64,000 nucleotides of DNA from Pecten maximus (Eukaryota), in NCBI RefSeq assembly GCF_902652985.1, contig NC_047021.1, positions 26,970,001 through 27,034,000 on the forward strand, in the 5' to 3' direction. This document shows positions 12,237-24,340 of the stretch, in pieces; the stretch's first letter is position 1; each line of letters begins with the position of its first letter. A model generated the notes under the pieces. That model was not told where the DNA came from. It ran no database searches and saw only the letters and a program-made list of their open reading frames with translations. Position numbers and translations under genes: made by a program.

Positions 12237-14660
12237 ATTGTAATTTGGGGGACGGATTCATGGTTAAAAGGAATAAAACCAGAAAGAAGCAAACGCATCT
12301 GGTGACGCCACAAAATCTGGATTCCATGAATATGCTGCCCATACAGAAATGTTAAGTCAATCGACAAAAACACCATCTCCGAGAGGAACAACCGGAATTC
12401 AAAGCAGATTCTGAGATAGAATGGACCAAAAGTATAAAAACAACCAACAAAAATAATATTTATAAATCTAGTTTCTTTATGCCACATAGACAAAGGAAGG
12501 GCCCACAGGAACTTGAAAGATCTTTGAAGAAAACATCAAAATTTAAAGACAAAAACATCATACAGGCAGGGGACTTCAGCCGCCCAGATACAAACTGGGA
12601 AAAATCAACAAACAACAGCGGTTTTGTAGACCTTAAAACAAATGCGGGCCTAACTTAATTACACAACCAACCCACGAGAGTAGATAACATATATGGGAAA
12701 GAAATTGATATAATCTTTAAGCTTGTTTTCCCATCCATTTGTAATTTGTGTGTACGTAATGTTTTTGTGTATTGAATTAAATAACGTTTAAACTAGGGTA
12801 ACATACCAGATATCGTACTAACAACAAACCTATCCATCATTAAAACATCCATAAGTGTACCACTAATATCAGACCACGGCATCGTCATAACAGTCATGTA
12901 AACACGGCCTATTACCAACCGACACAGCTAAAAGTGCTAATTTTTCAAGAGCTGATTAGACAAACTAAATAAGGCCTTAGATAGGGTGGCAAGTACCGCA
13001 AAGGAAATGCATGAGAGAAGCATTAAAATATTTCAAGAAAATATGAGTATTGATGACTTCATCCATTCAAGAGAAACAAAAACACAATGTTCAGTACAGT
13101 GGAAAATGCACAAAGAAAGAAATGAAGGAAAAGTCAAATCTTTACAAACAGAGAAAAATCGAATTCAAGAATCTTTACAAACAGACTGGAAATAAATAGA
13201 CCAAAGACAGGTATTACCAAAAGGACTGCAAACCTCACCTCAGGCAGGCCGAGTGGAACTATGTCAACAGTAACACCATAGAGGACATTTCCTAAGGTTA
13301 TACCAAACTATTCCCCAAGTACGTGAAAAAAAATCCTTTGCGATTGCAACACTGAAATCAGGAAACAAGCTAAACAGTGACAGCAAACAAAAAGTTCAGT
13401 ACTGGTAAATTATTATGAATCAGAATTTACAAAAGAAGGACCTGGCCCACAATCAACAACGAGTAAAACAGCAAAACAAGAGATTCCACCTCTTGATGTT
13501 GATATGGAGGGAGTGAAGAAACCGTTCAACAAAGTAAACCCAAACAAACTATCGGGACCGGACAACATATTAAACAAAGTATTGAAGGATTGTACAAATC
13601 ATCTATAAGTTTCTCGACCATCTTCCAACTGTCTGTAGACATGGGTCAACTATCAACAGATTGGAGAGACGCAAATATAGACTGGTTTCACCAGCATTAG
13701 TGTCCAGCAAACTACTAGAAGACATCATATTCAGACACATTCTAAAACACTATAGAGAAATGATATACTAATTAAACCACAGCTTCAGGTCAGTATACTC
13801 GTTTGAAAGTCAGTACAATGTATATTAATTACACTGACCGACTTTGTCGGAGAATACGAAAAAGGCAGCCAAATTGACATACCCATCTTAGACTTCACAA
13901 AGGCCTTTGCGATGTGACAAACTCCAAACTAATTTTGTTAAACAAACTGCAGCAATATGTGATAGGAAACAACATACACAAATTGCTCACCAACTTCCTT
14001 ATGCAAAAACCAACGAAGACAATCGCTGAAGGGATGAAATCGGAGGAAGTGAAAGTGGACTCCGGGCTCCCCCCAGGGCATAGTGTTCTGACCTCTCATG
14101 TTGCTCCGTCACATCAACGGCCCACCAGATATTACAACATTTAAAATTAGAATTTTCGCCGATGACTGCCTATTTTGTCGCACAATCAAAACGTTTGAAA
14201 GCCACACACGCCTGCAAAAAACCTAGAAACAGATTGGGCTATCACTTTAATGCCATGAAATGTTACATAATGATTAGACACAAGAAAACATCTTGGTTTA
14301 CAATTATCATCAGACCTAAAATGGACGACACACATAAGTAAAGTAGCCAAGAGATCGTAGATCTTGCCTTCATATGCAGGAATCTCAAATGTTGTACCGA
14401 TGAGTGTAGGAAAACAGCATACTTATGTATATCTCAATGGTAAGATCTGTAATGGAATACGGTACCGCTATATGGGATACCTATCAAAGATCAGACATGG
14501 ACACACTAGAACGCATCCAGCATCGCGCGTTACGGTTCATCTAAGACAACGAAAATATCAGAGAGGCAGGAATCGTCAAGAAGATGGCACGATACCTTGG
14601 GCAGTAGACTTTAGAACGCAGAGGAAATATCCCCGTCTAGTGTTCTTACGAGAGTTGATT
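12237..14660 (+). mobile_element. Decayed non-LTR retrotransposon ORF2 (APE endonuclease + RT, CR1 group), pseudogenised
   Basis: Collinear motifs across frameshifts/stops: GTDSWL, AGDFSRPDTNWE, HNQPTR, ISDHGIV (APE); PNKLSGPDNI, DWRDANI, HSFR, ILDFTKAF, SGLPQG, IRIFADDC, EYGTAIWD, LERIQHRA (RT and C-terminus). Confidence 0.92.
12692..12793 (+). mobile_element. ~100-bp insertion nested in the LINE endonuclease region
   Basis: Interrupts PTR.DNI / GNIPDIVLT; flanked by imperfect duplication TAGATAACATA / TAGGGTAACATA; TG-rich body ending ATTAAATAACGTTTAAA like a retroelement 3' end. Confidence 0.55.
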
Positions 14661-14837
14661 GATATGCTGTGAGCCTCGTATTGAAGGAGGTACGCAAGGG
14701 TGTTTTTTAGATTCTAAATATTCTCTGACTATATAGGGCCGTGTACCTATGGACTGGTCTCATTTGGTTAGTTAATATCGACGAGGTAGCACTCTAACGT
14801 TAACAAGACAAGCGGCTTTTGCAAAATGGACAAAATC

Positions 14838-14932
14838 GGTTAGGGTTAGGGTTAGGGTGAAAGGGTTAAATTGATTGAGCATCCACCTTATCCAAAACTG
14901 AAAACAGCTTTTTCAAGCATCCTAACCCTAAC
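14838..14932. repeat. Short interstitial telomeric repeats in head-to-head orientation
   Basis: GGTTAGGGTTAGGGTTAGGGT at 14838-14858 and CCTAACCCTAAC at 14921-14932. Confidence 0.75.
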
Positions 14933-15094
14933 ATGCAGTGGATGACTTTCTCCACAGCCAATTAAAGGAATTCTAAAAAAGCGGCATTCAGGCCATTAAA
15001 CACCTCTGGCAAGTTAGAAAATAATACAATATGTCCGGCAAAATTCAAATTCTTCAATATGAGGCTCACAACTTATCAATCAGTCTTCGTAAAG

Positions 15095-18000
15095 AAGGTG
15101 GTTTAATGTTGGCCCTGTCACTACCTCCTGTCTAGTGTACAGATATAAGGTGGTTTAGGGTTGGCCCCGTCACTACCTCCTGTCTAGTGTACTGATATAA
15201 GGTGGTTAGGGTTGGCCCCGTCACTACCTCCTGTCTAGTGTACTGATATAAGGTGGTTTAGGGTTGACCCCGTCACTACCTCCTGTCTAGTGTACTGATA
15301 TAAGGTGGTTTAGGGTTGGCCCCGTCACTACCTCCTGTCTAGTGTACTGATATAAGGTGGTTTAGGGTTGGCCCCGTCACTACCTCCTGTCTAGTGTACT
15401 GATATAAGGTGGTTTAGGGTTGGCCCCGTCACTACCTCCTGTCTAGTGTACTGATATAAGGTGGTTTAGGGTTGACCCCGTCACTACCTCCTGTCTAGTG
15501 TACTGATATAAGGTGGTTTAGGGTTGGCCCTGTCACTACCTCCTGTCTAGTGTACTGATATAAGGTGGTTTAGGGTTGGCCCTGTCACTACCTCCTGTCT
15601 AGTGTACTGATATAAGGTGGTTTAGGGTTGGCCCCGTCACTACCTCCTGTCTAGTGTACTGATATAAGGTGGTTTAGTGTTGGCCCCGTCACTACCTCCT
15701 GTCTAGGGTACTGATATAAGGTGGTTTAGGGTTGACCCCGTCACTACCTCCTGTCTGGTGTACTGATATAAGGTGGTTTAGTGTTGGCCCCGTCACTACC
15801 TCCTTTCTAGTGTACTGATATAAGGTGGTTTAGTGTTGGCCCCGTCACTACCTCCTGTCTAGTGTACTGATATAAGGTGGTTTAGTGTTGGCTCCGTCAC
15901 TACCTCCTGTCTAGTGTACTGATATAAGGTGGTTTAGGGTTGGCCCCGTCACTACCTCCTGTCTAGTGTACTGATATAAGGTGGTTTAGGGTTGGCCCCG
16001 TCACTACCTCCTGTCTAGTGTACTGATATAAGGTGGTTTAGGGTTGGCCCCGTCACTACCCTCTGTCTAGTGTACTGATATAAGGTGGTTTAGTGTTGGC
16101 CCCATCACTACCTCCTGTCTAGTATACTGATATAAGGTGGTTTAGGGTTGGCCCCGTCACTACCTCCTGTCTAGTGTACTGATATAAGGTGGTTTGGGGT
16201 TGGCCTCGTCACTACCTCCTGTCTAGTGTACTGATATAAGGTGGTTTGGGGTTGGCCCCGTCACTACCTCCTGTCTAGTGTACTGATATAAGGTGGTTTA
16301 GGGTTGGCCCCGTCACTACCTCCTGTCTAGTGTACTGATATAAGGTGGTTTAGTGTAGGCCCCGTCACTACCTCCTGTCTAGTGTACTGATATAAGGTGG
16401 TTTAGTGTTGGCCCCGTCACTACCTCCTGTCTAGTGTACTGATATAAGGTGGTCTAGTGTTGGCCCCGTCACTACCTCCTGTCTAGTGTACTGATATAAG
16501 GTGGTTTAGGGTTGGCCCCGTCACTACCTCCTGTCTAGTGTACTGATATAATGTGGTTTACGGTTGGCCCCGTCACTACCCTCTGTCTAGTGTACTGATA
16601 TAAGGTGGTTTAGTGTTGGACCCATCACTACCTCCTGTCTAGTATACTGATATAAGGTGGTTTAGGGTTGGCCCCGTCACTACCTCCTGTCTAGTGTACT
16701 GATATAAGGTGGTTTAGGGTTGGCCTCGTCACTACCTCCTGTCTAGTGTACTGATATAAGGTGGTTTAGGGTTGGCCCCGTCACTACCTCCTGTCTAGTG
16801 TACTGATATAAGGTGGTTTAATGGTTGGGCCCGTCACTACCTCCTGTCTAGTGTACTGATATAAGGTGGTTTAGGGTTGGCCCCGTCACTACCTCCTGTC
16901 TAGTGTACTGATATAAGGTGGTTTAGGGTTGGCCCCGTCACTACCTCCTGTCTAGTGTACTGATATAATGTGGTTTAGGGTTGGCCCCGTCACCACTTCC
17001 TGTCTAGTGTACTGATATAAGGTGGTTTAGGGTTGGCCCGTCACTACCTCCTAGTGTACTGATATAAGGTGGTTTAGTGTTGGCCCCGTCACTACCTCCT
17101 GTCTAGTATACTGATATAAGGTGGTTTAGGGTTGGCCCCGTCACTACCTCCTGTCTAGTGTACTGATATAAGGTGGTTTGGGGTTGGCCTCGTCACTACC
17201 TCCTGTCTAGTGTACTGATATAAGGTGGTTTGGGGTTGGCCCCGTCACTACCTCCTGTCTAGTGTACTGATATAAGGTGGTTTAGGGTTGGCCCCGTCAC
17301 TACCTCCTGTCTAGTGTACTGATATAAGGTGGTTTAGTGTTGGCCCCGTCACTACCTCCTGTCTAGTGTACTGATATAAGGTGGTTTAGTGTTGGCCCCG
17401 TCACTACCTCCTGTCTAGTGTACTGATATAAGGTGGTCTAGTGTTGGCCCCGTCACTACCTCCTGTCTAGTGTACTGATATAAGGTGGTTTAGGGTTGGC
17501 CCCGTCACTACCTCCTGTCTAGTGTACTGATATAAGGTGGTTTAGGGTTGGCCCCGTCACTACCCTCTGTCTAGTGTACTGATATAAGGTGGTTTAGTGT
17601 TGGCCCCATCACTACCTCCTGTCTAGTATACTGATATAAGGTGGTTTAGGGTTGGCCCCGTCACTACCTCCTGTCTAGTGTACTGATATAAGGTGGTTTA
17701 GGGTTGGCCTCGTCACTACCTCCTGTCTAGTGTACTGATATAAGGTGGTTTAGGGTTGGCCCCGTCACTACCTCCTGTCTAGTGTACTGATATAAGGTGG
17801 TTTAATGGTTGGGCCCGTCACTACCTCCAGTCTAGTGTACTGATATAAGGTGGTTTAGGGTTGGCCCCGTCACTACCTCCTGTCTAGTGTACTGATATAA
17901 GGTGGTTTAAGTTGGCCCCGTCACTACCTCCTGTCTAGTGTACTGATATAAGGTGGTTTAGGGTTGGCCCCGTCACCACTTCCTGTCTAGTGTACTGATA

Positions 18001-21000
18001 TAAGGTGGTTTAGGGTTGGCCCGTCACTACCTCCTAGTGTACTGATATAAGGTGGTTTAGGGTTGGCCCCGTCACTACCTCCTGTCTAGTGTACTGATAT
18101 AGGGTGGTTTAGGGTTGGCCCCGTCACTACCTCCTGTCTAGTGTACTGATATAAGGTGGTTTAGGGTTGGCCCCGTCACTACCTCCTGTCTAGTGTACTG
18201 ATATAATGTGGTTTAGGGTTGGCCCCGTCACTACTTCCTGTCTAGTGTACTGATATAAGGTGGTTTAGGGTTGGCCCCGTCACTACCTCCTGTCTTGTGT
18301 ACTGATATAATGTGGTTTAGGGTTGGCCCCGTCACTACCTCCTGTCTAGTGTACTGATATAAGGTGGTTTAGGGTTGGCCCCGTCACTACCTCCTGTCTA
18401 GTGTACTGATATAAGGTGGTTTAGGGTTGGCCCCGTCACTACCTCCTGTCTAGTGTACTGATATAAGGGGGTTTAGGGTTGGCCCCGTCACTATCTCCTG
18501 TCTAGTGTACTGATATAAGGTGGTTGATGGTTGTCCCCGTCACTACCTCCTGTCTAGTGTACTGATATAAGGTGGTTTAGGGTTGGCCCCGTCACTACCT
18601 CCTGTCTAGTGTACTGATATAATGTGGTTTAGGGTAGGCCCCGTCACTACTTCCTGTCTAGTGTACTGATATAATGTGGTTTAGGGTTGGCCCCGTCACT
18701 ACCTCCTGTCTAGTGTAATGATATAAGGTGGTTTAGGGTTGGCCCCGTCACTACCTCCTGTCTAGTGTACTGATATAAGGTGGTTTAGGGTTGGCCCCGT
18801 CACTACCTCCTGTCTAGTGTACTGATATAAGGTGGTTTAGGGTTGGCCCCGTCACTACCTCCTGTCTAGTGTACTGATATAAGGTGGTTTAGGGTTGGCC
18901 CCGTCACTACCTCCTGTCTAGTGTACTGATATAAGGTGGTTTAGGGTTGGCCCCGTCACTACCTCCTGTCTAGTGTACTGATATAATGTGGTTTAGGGTT
19001 GGCCCCGTCACTACCCCCTGTCTAGTGTACTGATATAAGGTGGTTTAGGGTTGGCCCCGTCACTACCTCCTGTCTAGTGTACTGATATAAGCTGGTTTAG
19101 GGATGGCCCCATCACTACCTCCTGTCTAGTGTACTGATATAAGGTGGTTTAGGGTTGGCCCCGTCACAACCTCCTGTCTAGTGTACTGATATAAGGTGGT
19201 TTGGGGTTGGCCTCGTCACTACCTCCTGTCTAGTGTACTGATATAAGGTGGTTTGGGGTTGGCCCCGTCACTACCTCCTGTCTAGTGTACTGATATAAGG
19301 TGGTTTAGGGTTGGCCCCGTCACTACCTCCTGTCTAGTGTACTGATATAAGGTGGTTTAGTGTTGGCCCCGTCACTACCTCCTGTCTAGTGTACTGATAT
19401 AAGGTGGTTTAGTGTTGGCCCCGTCACTACCTCCTGTCTAGTGTACTGATATAAGTTGGTCTAGTGTTGGCCCCGTCACTACCTCCTGTCTAGTGTACTG
19501 ATATAAGGTGGTTTAGGGTTGGCCCCGTCACTACCTCCTGTCTAGTGTACTGATATAAGGTGGTTTAGGGTTGGCCCCGTCACTACCCTCTGTCTAGTGT
19601 ACTGATATAAGGTGGTTTAGTGTTGGCCCCATCACTACCTCCTGTCTAGTATACTGATATAAGGTGGTTTAGGGTTGGCCCCGTCACTACCTCCTGTCTA
19701 GTGTACTGATATAAGGTGGTTTAGGGTTGGCCTCGTCACTACCTCCTGTCTAGTGTACTGATATAAGGTGGTTTAGGGTTGGCCCCGTCACTACCTCCTG
19801 TCTAGTGTACTGATATAAGGTGGTTTAGGGTTGGCCCCGTCACTACCTCCTGTCTAGTGTACTGATATAAGGTGGTTTAATGGTTGGGCCCGTCACTACC
19901 TCCAGTCTAGTGTACTGATATAAGGTGGTTTAGGGTTGGCCCCGTCACTACCTCCTGTCTAGTGTACTGATATAAGGTGGTTTAAGTTGGCCCCGTCACT
20001 ACCTCCTGTCTAGTGTACTGATATAAGGTGGTTTAGGGTTGGCCCCGTCACCACTTCCTGTCTAGTGTACTGATATAAGGTGGTTTAGGGTTGGCCCCGT
20101 CACTACCTCCTGTCTAGTGTACTGATATAAGGTGGTTTAGGGTTGGCCCCGTCACTACCTCCTGTCTAGTGTACTGATATAAGGTGGTTTAGGGTTGGCC
20201 CCGTCACTACCTCCTGTCTAGTGTACTGATATAAGGGGGTTTAGGGTTGGCCCCGTCACTATCTCCTGTCTAGTGTACTGATATAAGGTGGTTGATGGTT
20301 GTCCCCGTCACTACCTCCTGTCTAGTGTACTGATATAAGGTGGTTTAGGGTTGGCCCCGTCACTACCTCCTGTCTAGTGTACTGATATAATGTGGTTTAG
20401 GGTAGGCCCCGTCACTACTTCCTGTCTAGTGTACTGATATAATGTGGTTTAGGGTTGGCCCCGTCACTACCTCCTGTCTAGTGTAATGATATAAGGTGGT
20501 TTAGGGTTGGCCCCGTCACTACCTCCTGTCTAGTGTACTGATATAAGGTGGTTTAGGGTTGGCCCCGTCACTACCTCCTGTCTAGTGTACTGATATAAGG
20601 TGGTTTAGGGTTGGCCCCGTCACTACCTCCTGTCTAGTGTACTGATATAAGGAGGTTTAGGGTTGGCCCCGTCACTACCCCCTGTCTAGTGTCTAGTGTA
20701 CTGATATAAGGTGGTTTAGTGTTGGCCCCGTCACTACCTCCTGTCTAGTGTACTGATATAAGGTGGTTTAGGGTTGGCCCCATCACTACCTCCTGTCTAG
20801 TATACTGATATAAGGTGGTTTAGGGTTGGCCCCGTCACTACCTCCTGTCTAGTGTACTGATATAAGGTGGTTTAGGGTTGGCCCCGTCACTACCTCCTGT
20901 CTAGTGTACTGATATAAGGTGGTTTAGGGTTGGCCCCGTCACTACCTCCTGTCTAGTGTACTGATATAATGTGGTTTAGGGTTGGCCCCGTCACTACCCC

Positions 21001-21570
21001 CTGTCTAGTGTACTGATATAAGGTGGTTTAGGGTTGGCCCCGTCACTACCTCCTGTCTAGTGTACTGATATAAGCTGGTTTAGGGATGGCCCCATCACTA
21101 CCTCCTGTCTAGTGTACTGATATAAGGTGGTTTAATGGTTGGGCCCGTCACTACCTCCAGTCTAGTGTACTGATATAAGGTGGTTTAGGGTTGGCCCCGT
21201 CACAACCCCCTGTCTAGTGTACTGATATAAGGTGATTTAGTGTTGGCCCCGTCACTACCTCCTGTCTAGTGTACTGATATAAGGTGGTTAGGGTTGGCCC
21301 CGTCACTACCTCCTGTCTAGTGTACTGATATAAGGTGGTTTAGGGTTGGCCCCGTCACTACCTCCTGTCTAGTGTACTGATATAAGGTGGTTTAGGGTTG
21401 GCCCCGTCACAACCCCCTGTCTAGTGTACTGATATAAGGTGATTTAGTGTTGGCCCCGTCACTACCTCCTGTCTAGTGTACTGATATAAGGTGGTTAGGG
21501 TTGGCCCCGTCACTACCTCCTGTCTAGTGTACTGATATAACGTGGTTTAGGGTTGGCCCTGTCACTCCCT
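15095..21570. repeat. Satellite array, 52-bp unit, about 124 copies, containing TTAGGG
   Basis: Unit TACTGATATAAGGTGGTTTAGGGTTGGCCCCGTCACTACCTCCTGTCTAGTG at 52-bp period (15241 to 15293); low divergence; recurring blocks of variant monomers. Confidence 0.99.
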
Positions 21571-22401
21571 TCGGTAGATTTCTGGATTAAATAACAAACA
21601 GAAGACAAATTATATATATAGTACATACTTAAGTACAGTGGTTGTTTAACGAACCATGTAATAACAAAACAGGTAAAAAATAACTCGGAATGTTTTGAAA
21701 TCCTGCAAACTAAAACAAAACAGTACAGGAACACCTTCTTTGTTTTAACTGACATAAACTGGAACAAACCGGATGAGTATACAGTCAGCGCAAAATCAGC
21801 AATCAGCGAAATAAGCAAGATGACCTGGCAGCACGTCCCCCGTCGTTCACCACACCAGAATTGGGTTATATATCAAGTACGAACCACCAGTCTCATAATC
21901 GCCTCTATCACGTCATTAACAAGATTACATTAGTATATAATAATTTAGGCCTGTATAATATCACATTATCATTACTTTGTCACCATAAAATATAATGAAG
22001 GATTGCAATCTAGAAGTGGAAAACGCTATATACATGTAATATGTTTCGGTGGGTTTCGTAATACACTGTTTACAGTTTGTCGTTAAACTCCATCCTCAGA
22101 CACTTCGGTGTCTTTTCTGTACTGAAAAACACCTTTGTCCATCAGTTATATTTGAATTTGTGTTTAATCTTATTCTGAACACTTTTCATCGTGTCTGTAG
22201 CTCGGGAAAATATGATATATACTCCATATTTACAAGCACATTTAACAGTTTTGGCGTCCCCGGGACGATCCCTTCAGCGATGTCTGTTTTCCAGTATTGA
22301 CTGAGGTTTACAATAGAATACCACGAGCAGATATCGCGAGCTCTGAGTGTAAAAAGGACTTCTGGGAACCACAATGTTATTTATCATTTATCTGGTTGTT
22401 T

Positions 22402-22466
22402 CCATAGGTTAAACATATGTTTCGATAATCCACAAGCCGCGATAAATTCTTCAGTAAGTACATGTA
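22402..22466 (-). ncRNA. Candidate type I hammerhead ribozyme (Penelope-like, probably degenerate)
   Basis: Minus strand: TTA-CTGAAGA-(24 nt, weak stem II)-GAAAC-ATAT-GTT-TAA; core CUGANGA and GAAA, palindromic stem III AACATATGTT, 3-bp stem I TTA/TAA with further CAT/ATG pairing. Confidence 0.5.
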
Positions 22467-24261
22467 GTTGTTCTCTCACTACCAAAGCACATGTGTATCA
22501 TCTGTATGGTGCCACTATTCAAATCAATTAAAACGCGGCATGTAGATTACGGCAAACCTCGGGGACTAAGCTATATCTTCCATCTACAATGCCAAAGGGT
22601 TGTACACGCAATACAAATGTACATTAAAACTTTTCAATACAAATTTAGTCTGATACAGATTAACATGAATTCAGTCTAGGACAAAATGTCAGCATATGTT
22701 CATCCAGTCAACACTCATTATTTGTGCGAGTTCCTTGTCGCATTACACCCATTTGAAATGTTATCTTAAAAGAGATATATAATGCTAGTTTGTGAAATGT
22801 TAACTGTTAAATTCCAACTGAACCTTCTCTAATCGATGGTACTGGTGGCCATTTTGTAGTAGCGTTGAATTGAATTTGGAGATTTTTTTTGTCCTTACAA
22901 TTTTGTGTTGAAAGAAGACAAGCGTATTCATAATAGTATTTGAAAAAAAAGCTTAATATGAATATAACTTTTATTCAACTATTTGATATGTGGACAGGAA
23001 TGCTATATTATAATAAAAATAAACTTTAATTTGAAGTATTCACCCATGACATTGATTATATTGTCTATACTGAAAAATATAATCAAATATATTTATCTAT
23101 CATTAGGAATCACTCTGACCTCAATTCTAAACCGAAGTGAATGTAAACTCTTCAAAACCCCCAAAATATTCGTTGTGATAAGGAAGTCATGAAGGATATA
23201 TTTGTGCTTAAACAACCAATTAAAACCAGATGCTTTAGGATTAAACTGTCACACATTAAAACATATCTACGTAATCTTCATTTATGGGAAATAAACTAGT
23301 GTATTTTTCTTTTTGTAAAACAATGCTTGTCTAGTCATTAGATAATTTATTTGAATATCAAAGGGTAATCCCCTATATCTACAGGAAATTTCTGTTTATC
23401 GTCGATAACATGGTGGTAGTTTATAACACAATCTTTTGAAATAGCCCGATGTTTGTATAGAGGCCATTTGAACCCTTTGGTTTTAAGTTTATATAGATTT
23501 AACTAAAGACAAGCCCATAAACAAAAAAAGAAAGCTCTTTGCCAGATTTGGGGTACATGGCATTTAAAGTACCACGTAGTCTCTCTGTCAATTTTACAGC
23601 GATCTACCGTCTGAGGGTCTGATGCTCGGCGCTGTTTATTTCATAAAGTACAGTTTAGAGTAAGTGTACGAGATTTAAGTGTGCTTTTGATTTTAAATAT
23701 GATATGGGACGACACATTAACTATTCTGAACTCTTAGTGATCCGAAATTGATACTTACTTGCTAGGCGACGTGCTACAAAATGTATGTAGAACATAAAAA
23801 ATGGCCAGGCGTCGCCTTTTGTGAAGACGGACATTACCAATATATCATAAACAATAAGTCCAACCCGTAAAAAAAAACATGATACTCCCATTTAGGAAGG
23901 AAACTCTGGAACGACAAAAAATATTTACAGTGATACCATTTGAATACATTAATTACTATAAAATAAAAAAAAAGATAGAAATATATTAGTTATTCCGAAT
24001 AACGAATAACTGTCCAATTTTACTTTGTTTACAGGGAAATATTTCCAAGTCCTGCGAAAGAATAAAAATGTTTATTCCAACAAAAGGTCAGCCTAAAATT
24101 CCATATGTTACGCTATGAAGTGGCATGATTCTGGTAAAAACGCCAGGAAACACTAACGGACATCCAACACAAACCAGAGAAAGTTGCTGCCATTACTGAT
24201 GTTTTGTCTTGTTTTCAAGTGTTCATCGTCCAAATTGTTATGTGGTGACTGATTACAGCAA

Positions 24262-24340
24262 TCTCATCATGTCGTGTTGTCGCATTGTCGTTTTGTAACC
24301 ATGTCGCTTTGGCCTGCTGTCGCCTTGTCGCTTTTGCGCG
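24262..24340. repeat. TGTCG(C)-rich degenerate repeat, probably a MITE subterminal region
   Basis: Six TGTCG motifs within ~80 bp. Confidence 0.4.

Noticed and set aside
12986-14672. ORF-track peptides of 69, 76 and 102 aa as independent genes
   Set aside because: Fragments or off-frame readings of the decayed LINE
15241-15292. Hammerhead/retrozyme in the 52-bp monomer (CTGATA)
   Set aside because: Lacks CUGANGA and GAAA core on either strand
15095-21570. CRISPR-like or RT-associated array next to a reverse transcriptase
   Set aside because: Monomers are contiguous with no unique spacers, there are no cas genes, the context is eukaryotic, and the adjacent RT is an ordinary decayed LINE
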